NCBI GenBank assembly: GCA_035714745.1
Contig: DASTLR010000008.1
Coordinates: 7,394 to 71,393 of the forward strand
Length of the DNA: 64,000 nt
Origin: Minisyncoccota bacterium
GTDB taxonomy: Bacteria; Patescibacteriota; Minisyncoccia; Phycocordibacterales; UBA6065
Direction: 5' to 3'
The position numbers and the translations under genes were made by a program. Below, piece by piece: positions 47,639 to 56,472 of the stretch. Numbering within the stretch: the first letter of the stretch is position 1; the number at the start of each line of letters is the position of its first letter. The notes beneath the pieces are model-generated. The model was not told the origin of the DNA, searched no databases, and saw only the letters and a program-made list of their open reading frames with translations.

Positions 47639-47713
47639 TGGTGCTCTCGGCAGGAATCGAACCTGCATTTCTTCCTTCGCAGGGAAGTGTCCTATCCATT
47701 GAACGACAAGAGC
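47639..47713 (-). tRNA. tRNA-Arg with anticodon GCG (genomically encoded G34), CCA encoded
   Basis: Hand-folded cloverleaf: acceptor GCTCTTG/CGAGAGC, a perfect 5-bp anticodon stem CTTCC/GGAAG, loop CUGCGAA, T loop TTCGATT and a 3' ACCA. Confidence 0.7.
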
Positions 47714-47776
47714 GCGAAACCGCCTCTGACTGCTCTAACTTACAGGAAAACGGCCAAAAGTAAACTCGGCGCCGGA

Positions 47777-48235
47777 TCAGAAGCCCAGCCTCTCGAAGAC
47801 GGTATGCATGAAATTCTGGGGGAACTTCTCTGATCTCAGGTGCCGCTCGAGGTGCTCGCGGAGGTCGTCGAGGCCGTCATGCATGATCGGCACGGTGATC
47901 AAGGGGACGATGGGCTTCTTCGAGCGTAGGACCAGGCGCGGGCCGTGGTGGTGCTCCTCGTCGACCGAGAACGATTCGAGCTCGGCGTAGGGGAAGAGGG
48001 TCTTGCCGATGACGACGCCCCTGTCCGTGACCTCGACCGAGACGACGTTCGGCGGCCGCGAGGCGAAGACCGCCAGGGTGAAGGCCGCGATGGCCAAGAC
48101 GACGCCGAAGAGGATGTCGCCCAGGATGATGGCCGTGACGACCAGGGCGGCGGTGATGATGCCGACGGTCCAGTACCAGTCGTTCGACTTTTCGAAGTGG
48201 ATGTATTCAGGCGTCTGCCACGAGAATTTCGCCAT
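47777..48235 (-). CDS. Hypothetical membrane protein (two TM helices plus a cytoplasmic domain)
   Basis: Hydrophobic hairpin WYWTVGIITAALVVTAIILGDILFGVVLAIAAFTLAVF followed by a soluble domain. Confidence 0.45.
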   Translation of the reverse strand: MAKFSWQTPEYIHFEKSNDWYWTVGIITAALVVTAIILGDILFGVVLAIAAFTLAVFASRPPNVVSVEVTDRGVVIGKTLFPYAELESFSVDEEHHHGPRLVLRSKKPIVPLITVPIMHDGLDDLREHLERHLRSEKFPQNFMHTVFERLGF

Positions 48236-48314
48236 GCGGGAATTATACCACCAATCTTTGCCCCGCGGTCGGCTTTGTTGTAAGTTGTAGGGGCGGCAAA
48301 GAGCGATACTTGAC

Positions 48315-48401
48315 GGATAGGTGCCGGAGTGGTCTAACGGAACAGTCTTGAAAACTGTCGTCCCTTTACGGGGACCGTGAGTTCGAATCTCACCCTATCC
48401 G
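48315..48401 (+). tRNA. tRNA-Ser (anticodon UGA), type II with a long variable arm
   Basis: Acceptor GGATAGG/CCTATCC, anticodon stem ACAGT/ACTGT, loop CUUGAAA, variable arm CGTCCCTTTACGGGGACC and a T loop TTCGAAT. Confidence 0.8.
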
Positions 48402-48412
48402 CATAACGTCAT

Positions 48413-48817
48413 ATGAGACTCCTAGGCATCGATTACGGCAAGAAGAGAGTGGGCGTGGCCCTGTCTGACGACAAGGGCTTGATGGCGTTCCCAAAGGCGG
48501 TTTTGCCGAACGACAACTATCTCTTTACCGAGGTGCGCCGGCTGATCGAGTCGAACGAGATCGATACGGTGGTGGTAGGGGAGTCGAAGGATTACGCTAT
48601 GAGGGACAATTCCATTATGTCCAAGGCGCGCGCGTTCGCCGATGAGCTCAAGCGCGAGCTCGACGTCGTAGTGGTATACGAGCCGGAGCTCCTGACCTCG
48701 CACCAGGCCGCGCAGACCGGGCACGCTTTGGGAAAAACGGATATGATAGACGCGTCTGCGGCCGCGATTATCTTGCAAAGCTACATAGACAGGAAGAAGG
48801 AAGGGGAGAGAATTTAG
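48413..48817 (+). CDS. ruvX: Putative pre-16S rRNA nuclease / Holliday junction resolvase-like YqgF (RuvX)
   Basis: MRLLGIDYGKKRVGVALSD matches the YqgF/RuvX N-terminal motif. Confidence 0.85.
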   Translation: MRLLGIDYGKKRVGVALSDDKGLMAFPKAVLPNDNYLFTEVRRLIESNEIDTVVVGESKDYAMRDNSIMSKARAFADELKRELDVVVVYEPELLTSHQAAQTGHALGKTDMIDASAAAIILQSYIDRKKEGERI

Positions 48818-48842
48818 AATCTGGGATTTAGAATTTAGAATC

Positions 48843-49250
48843 TTGAACATGATTTCATACGACGATTTCGCAAAGGTGGAGATAAAGGCAGGCAAGATCC
48901 TCTCGGCCGAAAAGGTTCCCGAGACCGACAAGCTGCTCAAGCTCTCGGTCGATTTCGGCCCGCTGGCCCAGACCGTCGCTACGCTCTCGGTCGACGGCGC
49001 CCCGGCGGCCGAAGTGCAGATGACCGAGATGAAGCGCGACGTTCGCCAGATTGTCTCGGGCATCTCGATGTATTTCCCTGACCCTCAGGCCCTCGTCGGC
49101 AGGAAGTGCATGTTCGTCACCAACCTGGAGCCGCGCACCATCAAAGGCCTGCAGTCGAATGGCATGCTTTTTGCTCTGTCGACGAACGACGGCAAGTTCT
49201 CGCTCCTCGAGCCAGGCGCCGATATCCCCGAGGGCACCAAGGCCAAATAA
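48843..49250 (+). CDS. tRNA-binding protein (CsaA/Trbp111-type OB fold)
   Basis: FAKVEIKAGKILSAEKVPETDKLLKLSVDFG matches the MetRS-C/EMAP-like tRNA-binding domain. Confidence 0.7.
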   Translation: MNMISYDDFAKVEIKAGKILSAEKVPETDKLLKLSVDFGPLAQTVATLSVDGAPAAEVQMTEMKRDVRQIVSGISMYFPDPQALVGRKCMFVTNLEPRTIKGLQSNGMLFALSTNDGKFSLLEPGADIPEGTKAK

Positions 49251-49251
49251 T

Positions 49252-49872
49252 ATGTTCGAATTCCTGCAGCCGCAGCACCTGATCGCCGTCGCGGGCCTGG
49301 CCGGCGTCATCGCCGCCGTTTTCGCCGAGTCGGGGCTATTCTTTGGCTTCTTTTTGCCGGGCGATTCGCTCCTCTTTACCGCGGGCCTGGTGGCTTCGCA
49401 GGGCGCGCTCGATATCTGGTGGCTGGTCATAGGCTGCGCCATAGCCGCCATAGTGGGCGACAGCGTGGGCTACGCATTCGGCAAGAGGGTGGGACCCGCG
49501 CTCTTCTCGCGCGAGGATTCTCTCTTCTTCCATAAAAAGCATGCCGAACGGGCCAAGGCCTTCTATGGCCGGCACGGCCGCAAGGCGATCGTCCTGGCCC
49601 GCTTCGTGCCGATCGTCAGGACCTTTGCCCCTATCGTGGCGGGCGTCGGCGGCATGGCCTATCGCACCTTTGTCGCTTTTAACGTCATCGGCGGCGTGGT
49701 ATGGACCTTCCTTCTGACCCTGGCCGGCTATTTTCTGGGTCGGGCCTTTCCCCAGACCGAGAGGTATCTCTCGTATATCGTCGTCGGCATCATCGCCGTC
49801 TCGCTCGTGCCTGTAGCGGTCGAATGGCTCCGCGGCCGCGCCGCCGCTCGAAAGGCCGCTGCGGACCTGTAG
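49252..49872 (+). CDS. DedA/SNARE-associated family membrane protein
   Basis: ESGLFFGFFLPGDSLLFTAG...RFVPIVRTF, typical of DedA. Internal start of the tracked ORF. Confidence 0.8.
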   Translation: MFEFLQPQHLIAVAGLAGVIAAVFAESGLFFGFFLPGDSLLFTAGLVASQGALDIWWLVIGCAIAAIVGDSVGYAFGKRVGPALFSREDSLFFHKKHAERAKAFYGRHGRKAIVLARFVPIVRTFAPIVAGVGGMAYRTFVAFNVIGGVVWTFLLTLAGYFLGRAFPQTERYLSYIVVGIIAVSLVPVAVEWLRGRAAARKAAADL

Positions 49873-49884
49873 TATAATCTGTGG

Positions 49885-50880
49885 GTGAATTCTTTCATCA
49901 AAAAGGCGTTTCCCGTCCCTCGCGCCCTCATCATGGCCGACGTCTCGGTCGATACGAACGACGGCGAGCTGCGCTTCTTTGAATTCTCGCGCAAGGCGGG
50001 CACGCTCCGCCCGAAACGCTGCGGCGTCCTGGAGTTCCCGCGCACCCATGGCCCGGGCAGCGAGGAGAACGCCGCCCAGGCGGCTGCCGCCCTCAAGAAG
50101 TTCGCCGAGAGGTACGGCTATCAGACTGTCCAGTGCGTCATCCACGAGGGCGACGCCTATATCTTCAAGCAGAAGGTCCCGACGACCGATCCCTCGCTCC
50201 TGCGCGCCGCCATCGAAGCCTCGCTCGAAGAGAACGTGCCGATGCCTCCCGCCGAGGCGATCTTCGAGTATGACGTCCTCGCCATAGACAAGGTCCGCGG
50301 AGAGAGCACGGTCGTAGTCTCGGCCGTCTCGGAGAAGGTGGTCGAGAGATATCGAGCCCTCCTCGAGTCTGGGACGCTCGCGCCCGTCTCGTTCGAGACC
50401 GAGTCGCACGCCATCGCCCGCGCCTCTATACGCAAGGGAGACCAGGCTACCCACGCCGTCCTTTGCATCAAGGGCCACCATACCGTGGTCTTTATCGCCG
50501 AGAGGGGCAAGGTCTCGTTCAGCTCCTCTATAGAGGTGGGGTCGGCCGACATCGAGGCCGCCAGCGCCAAGGACCCCGGCTCATTCGACGCCCTCTTGCC
50601 CGTGTTCTCGACGCTGCAGGACGAGCTTGGAAAGATATTGACCTATCATAAGGCCGCCGCCAAGAAAGAAGGGGTCGAGCAGGATATCGCCGATGTCATC
50701 CTGCTGGGCAGCTGCGCCCGCATCCCGGGGTTCTCGCGCTATATATCCTTGGCGTCCAAGCTGCCCGTGCGCGTCGGCTCGGTCTGGGCGAACGCTCTGT
50801 CGCCCGAGAGCGAGGTGCCCGACCTGGATGAAAAGAGCTCGCTCGACTATGCGGCCCTGATCGGCATGTATCTGAACTGA
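49885..50880 (+). CDS. pilM: Type IV pilus assembly protein PilM (actin-like ATPase fold)
   Basis: 331 aa with the PilM architecture, directly followed by pilN- and pilO-like genes. Confidence 0.7.
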   Translation: MNSFIKKAFPVPRALIMADVSVDTNDGELRFFEFSRKAGTLRPKRCGVLEFPRTHGPGSEENAAQAAAALKKFAERYGYQTVQCVIHEGDAYIFKQKVPTTDPSLLRAAIEASLEENVPMPPAEAIFEYDVLAIDKVRGESTVVVSAVSEKVVERYRALLESGTLAPVSFETESHAIARASIRKGDQATHAVLCIKGHHTVVFIAERGKVSFSSSIEVGSADIEAASAKDPGSFDALLPVFSTLQDELGKILTYHKAAAKKEGVEQDIADVILLGSCARIPGFSRYISLASKLPVRVGSVWANALSPESEVPDLDEKSSLDYAALIGMYLN

Positions 50881-50881
50881 T

Positions 50882-51418
50882 ATGCTCACCTTTCTCCCGC
50901 GCACATACAGGATCGAGGTCGAACGCGAATATCGCCGCCGCGTCTATGCGGTCGCCGCCTGGCTCTTGGCGTTGCTCATGCTCGTCGGGGCGGCCCTGGT
51001 CCTGCCGACGTACGCGAGGCTCTCTTCCGAGAAGGCCGCGGCCGAGGCCGCACTGCGGGCGGCGTCTCAGTCCGCCGGCGGGGATGCGAGCCTCGTCGAT
51101 ACGCGGTTGGCCGACCTTCAGGACAAGGCCAAGGCCCTCGACGACCTGGCTGCAAGGCGGAGCCTTGTCTGGGCCGTGGAGCGGGTCGCGGCCGCTCGGG
51201 AGCAGGCCGGCGTCTCCATCACCGGGCTCGGCATAAAAAGAGGAGGGGGCGCCGGCTCGATCAGCGTCTCGGGCACGGCATCGTCCAGAGAGGCGCTCGT
51301 CGCCTTTACCAAGGCCCTCCAGGCGGAGCCGTCGTTCAAGGACGTCTCCTTGCCGGTATCCGCCCTGGCAAAGAGCGTCAGCTTGCCGTTCTCGCTCGGC
51401 ATCGACACGAATCTCTGA
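50882..51418 (+). CDS. pilN: PilN-like bitopic protein
   Basis: N-terminal TM helix plus a coiled coil, in the pilM-pilN-pilO gene order. Confidence 0.5.
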   Translation: MLTFLPRTYRIEVEREYRRRVYAVAAWLLALLMLVGAALVLPTYARLSSEKAAAEAALRAASQSAGGDASLVDTRLADLQDKAKALDDLAARRSLVWAVERVAAAREQAGVSITGLGIKRGGGAGSISVSGTASSREALVAFTKALQAEPSFKDVSLPVSALAKSVSLPFSLGIDTNL

Positions 51419-51422
51419 TCCC

Positions 51423-51974
51423 ATGTATATCCGCACCAGCTACAAAGCGTCTCTCGTCATCGCTCTCGCCGCCGCGGTCGCGCTGGCGGCGGCATGGGGC
51501 TTTATCGCCTACCGCTCTTCCGTCCTGCGGGATCAGATCGTCGGCCTCGAGGAGAAGGCGGCGGCGGCTTTGGCTCGCGGGCAGCGGGCGCAGGAGGCTC
51601 GCGCAGCCTTGCGCGAGACTGGGGCTGCTATCCGCTCCGTAGATGCCCGCTTCCTCTCAAAGGACGACATCCCAGGTTTTATCAGCCTAGTAGAAAGCCA
51701 AGGCGCCGCTGCCGGGGTAAAGGCTGACGTCGGCTCGATCGACCTGGACGAGAAGGGCGACCTCTCGGAGCTCAAGACCCTGCGCTTGCGCCTGACCGCC
51801 AAGGGGGCATGGAAGGACTGCGTGGCCTACGCCGCCGCTCTCGAGGACCTGCCGTACGCCGTCCAGGTGGACGCGCTGGCCCTTTCCAAGGCGGCGGGGG
51901 CGGCAGGCGTCTGGAATATGACCGTCGAGATGACGGCCTTGGTAGACTTACAGAGAACCGATGAGACGATTTAA
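51423..51974 (+). CDS. pilO: PilO-like bitopic protein
   Basis: N-terminal TM helix, a coiled coil and a C-terminal PilO-like domain, in operon position. Confidence 0.45.
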   Translation: MYIRTSYKASLVIALAAAVALAAAWGFIAYRSSVLRDQIVGLEEKAAAALARGQRAQEARAALRETGAAIRSVDARFLSKDDIPGFISLVESQGAAAGVKADVGSIDLDEKGDLSELKTLRLRLTAKGAWKDCVAYAAALEDLPYAVQVDALALSKAAGAAGVWNMTVEMTALVDLQRTDETI

Positions 51975-52236
51975 CCTTCACATCCGCAGGCTAGGAGAGG
52001 ATCCCGCTTCCGACTGGCATCGATGCCTGGCGCTGTTCGCCGCATGCCTAGTCTTTGCGGCGCTCGTCGATGGGGCTCTCTATCTGACCCTGGCGCGCGG
52101 GGCGTCCGAGCTTCAGGCCGTCTCGGCGATCCAGGCGCCTGCCGCGCCGTCGACGCCCGTGCGCCTTGGCGCCGCGGCAGCCGAAAAGGCGCCGAGGACG
52201 GTCTCTCCGGCCGCCCAGAGAGACCCATCGCTCTAG
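51961..52236 (+). CDS. Hypothetical small membrane protein (possible PilP-like anchor)
   Basis: 91 aa with one TM helix, overlapping the pilO stop. Confidence 0.3.
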   Translation: MRRFNLHIRRLGEDPASDWHRCLALFAACLVFAALVDGALYLTLARGASELQAVSAIQAPAAPSTPVRLGAAAAEKAPRTVSPAAQRDPSL

Positions 52237-52280
52237 GCTTGCCTGGACAATGTCCGGCGAAAGCGCTTTGATGGGCCGAC

Positions 52281-52353
52281 GCCCCCGTAGTTCAATGGAT
52301 CAGAACACTGGACTTCTAAGCCAGTTATGTTGGTTCGATTCCAACCGGGGGCA
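52281..52353 (+). tRNA. tRNA-Arg (anticodon UCU)
   Basis: Acceptor GCCCCCG/CGGGGGC, anticodon loop CUUCUAA and a T loop TTCGATT. Confidence 0.75.
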
Positions 52354-52370
52354 CACGCGAAATGTACGCG

Positions 52371-52394
52371 AAAAGCCGGCATGTGCCGGCTTTT
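52371..52394. terminator. Bidirectional rho-independent terminator between convergent tRNA genes
   Basis: AAAA-GCCGGC-atgt-GCCGGC-TTTT. Confidence 0.6.
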
Positions 52395-52397
52395 CAG

Positions 52398-52473
52398 TGG
52401 TGCGCCCTGAGGGACTTGAACCCCCGACCTTCTCAGTGTAAATGAGCTGCTCTACCAACTGAGCTAAGGGCGC
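52398..52473 (-). tRNA. tRNA-Val (anticodon UAC), CCA encoded
   Basis: Acceptor GCGCCCT/AGGGCGC, D arm GCTC-AGTTGGTA-GAGC, anticodon loop UUUACAC and a 3' ACCA. Confidence 0.8.
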
Positions 52474-52602
52474 ATGGTATATGGCTGCGATGAGCTACGA
52501 CAGAGAAACAATAACGGATTTCGCCCGAAAACTCAAATAAACGCCGTTTTCTTGCTCATTTTTGGCTCGTATGTTAGATTGGTGTCCTATCACGCAACCC
52601 GC

Positions 52603-53040
52603 ATGGAAAGCAAAGTAATCACCTCTCCGGTAGACATGAAGGCCCGAGTAGCCCTCGGCCTCCGCTCGGGCGACACCGTCCGCGTCTGGCAAAAGATCAA
52701 GGAGGGCGACAAGACCCGCCTCCAGGCCTTCGAGGGCCTCATCCTCTCCCGCAAGCACGGCGACGAAGCCGGCGGCACCTTCACCGTCCGCAAGGTCATC
52801 GACGGCGTCGGCGTCGAGAGGATCTTTCCGCTCTATTCGCCCCTCATCGACGAGGTCGAGGTCATCCGCAGGTCCAAGGTCCGCAGGTCGAAGCTCTACT
52901 TCGTCCGCGAGAAGGCGGCCAAGGCCGTCAGGAAGCAGATGCGAAACCTCCGCGCCGAGAAGCCGGGCAAGGACACCAAGGCAGGCAAGCTAGAGGAGCC
53001 AGAGGCTCCTGCAGCAGCTCCAGAGGCGCCGGCGAAGTAA
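52603..53040 (+). CDS. rplS: 50S ribosomal protein L19
   Basis: [38 protein letters not shown] matches L19. Internal start of the tracked ORF. Confidence 0.9.
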   Translation: MESKVITSPVDMKARVALGLRSGDTVRVWQKIKEGDKTRLQAFEGLILSRKHGDEAGGTFTVRKVIDGVGVERIFPLYSPLIDEVEVIRRSKVRRSKLYFVREKAAKAVRKQMRNLRAEKPGKDTKAGKLEEPEAPAAAPEAPAK

Positions 53041-53060
53041 TCTCCATACAGCGCAAACGA

Positions 53061-53085
53061 AAAACAGCCCGCGGGCTGTTTTTCT
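53061..53085 (+). terminator. Rho-independent terminator after rplS
   Basis: AAAAA-CAGCCCGCGGGCTG-TTTTTC. Confidence 0.65.
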
Positions 53086-53095
53086 CTGTCTTGGG

Positions 53096-53177
53096 TGCGC
53101 GGAAGAGGACTTGAACCTCCATGCCTTGCGGCGCTACCACCTCAAGGTAGTGTGTCTGCCAATTCCACCATCCGCGC
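53096..53177 (-). tRNA. tRNA-Leu (anticodon GAG), type II
   Basis: Acceptor GCGCGGA/TCCGCGC, a 3-bp D stem, anticodon stem CTACC/GGTAG, loop UUGAGGU, a 13-nt variable arm and a T loop TTCAAGT. Confidence 0.75.
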
Positions 53178-53258
53178 ATGTATGTCGAACCGTCCCGACG
53201 TGCGGCCATAATAGCCGATTGCTCACATTTTATCAATATCCGTCCTATACTAGGCGGT

Positions 53259-53735
53259 ATGAACGAAAAGAAGCTGCGGGTCATATTCGTGGCGAGCCTC
53301 TGCCTCAAGGCCTTGGGCGCCGCTCTCCAGATCGGCCTGGGCTCGCTTCTGCTCGTCACGGGCAGGGTCAGTTCCCTCATAGCCGCGGCCGCCGCGAACG
53401 AGCTTATCGAGGATCCTAACGATTTCTTTGCCCGCCATGCCGCGTCGGCGCTCTCGCACTTCTCGCCCCACCTGCAATACGTCGGGGCCGCGTACCTCCT
53501 CCTCCACGGCGCGGCAAAGGTCGTCCTGATCTGGGCGCTGATAAAAGAGAAGCTCTGGGCCTATCCCGCCTCGCTCGCCCTCTTCTCGCTCTTCATCGTC
53601 TACCAGCTGGTCCATGCCACGTGGGGAAGCCTGTTCCCCTTGGCTGCTTTCGCCGCCTTCGAAGTGTTCCTCCTCTGGCTCATCTGGCACGAATACCACT
53701 ACGTCCTCCGCAAGCGCGGACTGCCAATAGAATAG
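53259..53735 (+). CDS. DUF2127-like membrane protein
   Basis: Four hydrophobic helices, start at the internal MNEKK. The N-terminal extension of the tracked ORF overlaps tRNA-Leu. Confidence 0.45.
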   Translation: MNEKKLRVIFVASLCLKALGAALQIGLGSLLLVTGRVSSLIAAAAANELIEDPNDFFARHAASALSHFSPHLQYVGAAYLLLHGAAKVVLIWALIKEKLWAYPASLALFSLFIVYQLVHATWGSLFPLAAFAAFEVFLLWLIWHEYHYVLRKRGLPIE

Positions 53736-53824
53736 GGGAGGGACGGCCAGAGCTCGATTTTACGGCCTGAATCTGATATAACTGTCTTGCTCCGACAGCC
53801 CGTTCCCGCCGCGCGCGAGCAGCA

Positions 53825-53897
53825 TGGTGCCTATAGTTTAGTGGTAAAACTCCGGATTGTGGTCCCGGCATTGTGGGTTCGATTCCCACTAGGCACC
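53825..53897 (+). tRNA. tRNA-His (anticodon GUG) with a G(-1) extra base; boundary of the AT-rich island
   Basis: G-1 plus acceptor GTGCCTA/TAGGCAC, anticodon loop UUGUGGU, T loop TTCGATT and discriminator C. Confidence 0.75.
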
Positions 53898-55490
53898 CCT
53901 TAAGTCTGTTATTCCGATAGTCTCTCGGAAAGCAGGACTCTTTTCTGCAAAAGCCTTTTCCATTGGGAAAGGTTTTTGCTTGTTATTGAGGCAAAGCGTA
54001 CCAGTGGCAATCAACGCCTCCATAATTGGGCTAGGGACAGCTTTAGCGATCTTGCGGTCAGATACCTCAAATCTCTCCCAAAATATGCTCAAGTACGTCC
54101 TTTTAAGCTCTGGAGAAGCCTGTTGGTAAGCCTCGCCTAGGTTTCGAGCAAGAAGTATTACCTTCTGAATTACATCAACTTTGATGTTCTTATTGGCATC
54201 GAGCTTGGCGAGTTCGCTTCCACAAGAAACTATTATCTCCCTTTGTCTTTCTTTGATTCGAGTGAAGTCGTTATCATCAAGTACGCCAGAGATAAGCTTT
54301 TCCTCAGCGAGCTGGAGTTTTGATTCGGCGGCAGACTTAGTCGCCAGAATCTTTCGCTTCTCACGTTCCGTATCCTGCTTTTTCAGTGAATAGATGAACT
54401 TGACCCTCTCAAGCAGACGCTCAATGAACTTCTCAGAGAACTGAATTCCTCGAAAGTGTTCGACTACCTGATCTTCGAGGTCTTTTACGTTAACTCCTCG
54501 ATCGTTATCTGGAATAACGAATGGTTTCTGTTTATTCGTTGCATAAGGACGATAGTAGCTTTTATCCTTTTTCTTCTCATGGTTCTCGCCTATGAATCTC
54601 AAACCGCTTATAGCTGAGAACACATAGCCACGAAGAAGGAAATCATATTTTCGCCTCCGGCAGACACCATGACCATTATTCAATCGAACTTGTCGGCATC
54701 TTTCAAAGACTTCCTGAGATGTGAGAGGCGTGTGTTTACCCATTTTTCTCATTTCACCCCAGACCATTTCTCCATGGTAAAAAGGGTTTGCAATAATCTT
54801 AAACATATTCGCCAGACCGAGCTTTCCTCCCGTGTGTGATGTAAGTCCTTTCTTGAAAATCCATTCTCGCAATTCGAGCATTGGATGGTTACCCGTAGCG
54901 TACTTTCGGAAAAGTTCTGTAACAACCGGACCTTTTATTGGATCAACGACGATAATGCGTTTATCGGGATTATTTTCTTCGCCGACATTGAGATAACCAA
55001 GCGTAGCTCGCGTAGGCCACCAGCCGTCATTAAACCGCTGTTGCATGCTCTTCTTGGTCTTACGAGACGTTATCTGTGATTGAAGCTGATTAACGCCTGC
55101 AATGATCGTATCCATGAAGTTTCCCTCTGGAGTATCTTCAATTCCTGGCTGGGAGATAGAAACGAGCGTCGCAGAGTATTTCTTCAGAAGTGCCTTTATG
55201 GTGGTGTGATCGTTCACGTTGCGGGCAAGCCTGTCGGTATCGAGTACGAAGACCGCCCTGATATCTTTCTCTTGCACACGAACGAGCATATCCTGAAGAG
55301 CGGGACGATTCATTGTTGTAGCTGACTTACCAGCATCTACGAAGACCCCATTGTCCGTCAGTTCGTATTTACCGCTTTCTGTAATTGTTTTCTTACAGAG
55401 ATCCTCCTGTGTAGCAAGCGAATAACGCCCGCCCTTTGCCTGCTCCTCTGTGGAGACACGGCAATATATAACTGCTTTATCTTTGGTCAT
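53889..55490 (-). CDS. Large serine recombinase (resolvase/invertase N-terminal domain, recombinase domain and zinc ribbon)
   Basis: AVIYCRVSTEEQ with the catalytic Ser, resolvase domain motifs and a long C-terminal recombinase region. Its 3' end overlaps the tRNA-His 3' end by about 9 nt. Confidence 0.85.
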   Translation of the reverse strand: MTKDKAVIYCRVSTEEQAKGGRYSLATQEDLCKKTITESGKYELTDNGVFVDAGKSATTMNRPALQDMLVRVQEKDIRAVFVLDTDRLARNVNDHTTIKALLKKYSATLVSISQPGIEDTPEGNFMDTIIAGVNQLQSQITSRKTKKSMQQRFNDGWWPTRATLGYLNVGEENNPDKRIIVVDPIKGPVVTELFRKYATGNHPMLELREWIFKKGLTSHTGGKLGLANMFKIIANPFYHGEMVWGEMRKMGKHTPLTSQEVFERCRQVRLNNGHGVCRRRKYDFLLRGYVFSAISGLRFIGENHEKKKDKSYYRPYATNKQKPFVIPDNDRGVNVKDLEDQVVEHFRGIQFSEKFIERLLERVKFIYSLKKQDTEREKRKILATKSAAESKLQLAEEKLISGVLDDNDFTRIKERQREIIVSCGSELAKLDANKNIKVDVIQKVILLARNLGEAYQQASPELKRTYLSIFWERFEVSDRKIAKAVPSPIMEALIATGTLCLNNKQKPFPMEKAFAEKSPAFRETIGITDLRGA

Positions 55491-55987
55491 TGTTTATAGA
55501 TGAACTCCATTGGGACGAATCCCTTCCGTGAAGTGAATTGCCCGTCGAGTATTCTGATCTCTCGTACTCCCAATGAAGAATTGCTAAGTACCAACACTTT
55601 CGTTCCCGCCTTAACAAAATAGGCTTCATTGTTGCCGATAAGCTCGATCAGTCCATCTGAATCGTTAGCGATTGCAGACTTTGAGTATTTATCAAATGCT
55701 TCCTTGGTTGAAGGAACCATGACTTCGTCTTTTCCTTCGATTCTGAGATAACCCTCTTCACCCACGCTTACTCGAGTAGAAGTTTGAGGAGTGGAGGTTA
55801 CTGCACGCTCACTTACATTGTTAGATGCCTTAGCGAGAGATATGGTTATAAATAAAAAGAAGATCAGTGCGACGACAGCAAGAGGATGCCTACGTGCCCA
55901 TGATCTTAAATCTGCCTTACAATTCGGACATCGTTTCGCTTTCTTAGGGATATCCGTCTGACACTCCTTACATTTTTTTGTTTCCAC
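55487..55987 (-). CDS. Hypothetical zinc-ribbon membrane protein, translationally coupled to the recombinase
   Basis: N-terminal CKECQ..CPNC zinc ribbon, a TM helix and an extracytoplasmic domain. The stop overlaps the recombinase start (ATGA). Confidence 0.4.
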   Translation of the reverse strand: METKKCKECQTDIPKKAKRCPNCKADLRSWARRHPLAVVALIFFLFITISLAKASNNVSERAVTSTPQTSTRVSVGEEGYLRIEGKDEVMVPSTKEAFDKYSKSAIANDSDGLIELIGNNEAYFVKAGTKVLVLSNSSLGVREIRILDGQFTSRKGFVPMEFIYKQ

Positions 55988-56256
55988 GTGATTAGAAATA
56001 AACGATTAATCCCGTGGAAAGCTCCCACACAAAAAACCTGCCACAGGTAGGAACCGAAGTCCCTCGTGAAGGTTTCCCCGCACGGCCAGTTAGACAACCC
56101 TATGACAGGCTCTTTATGTCTAACTGGACTTATAGCCATGCTCTGGAGAAAACTCCAGAGGTTAGGCTCATGAACGCTATTTAGTTGTAAGGTAATTATG
56201 CTCTTTTTCATCCTTTTTGCCAAAATGACTTTGAAACGCTGACGCCTATACGTTTT

Positions 56257-56472
56257 TTAGTTGTCGGCTATAGGCGGTTTAGTCGCTTCTGACTGAGAGT
56301 CGCCAGTTTCCTTTTTGACGTTATCCACCAAGACCGCCCGTCTTTCTCTCATGTATCTCTCAAAAATGCTGTAAACCAGTTGATTAATGGACACCTTTTC
56401 ACAAAGAGCATCAATTTTGAGAAATGAATGCTGTTCGCGGGTAACTTTTATGTGTTTGGTGAACTTGAACAT
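56257..56472 (-). CDS. Hypothetical small protein (71 aa)
   Basis: ORF in the island followed by a hairpin. No motif recognised. Confidence 0.3.
   Translation of the reverse strand: MFKFTKHIKVTREQHSFLKIDALCEKVSINQLVYSIFERYMRERRAVLVDNVKKETGDSQSEATKPPIADN

Noticed and set aside
47504-47833. 109 aa plus-strand ORF
   Set aside because: It runs antisense straight through the well-folded tRNA-Arg(GCG) gene and the hairpin cluster and has no recognisable motif. I treat it as spurious.
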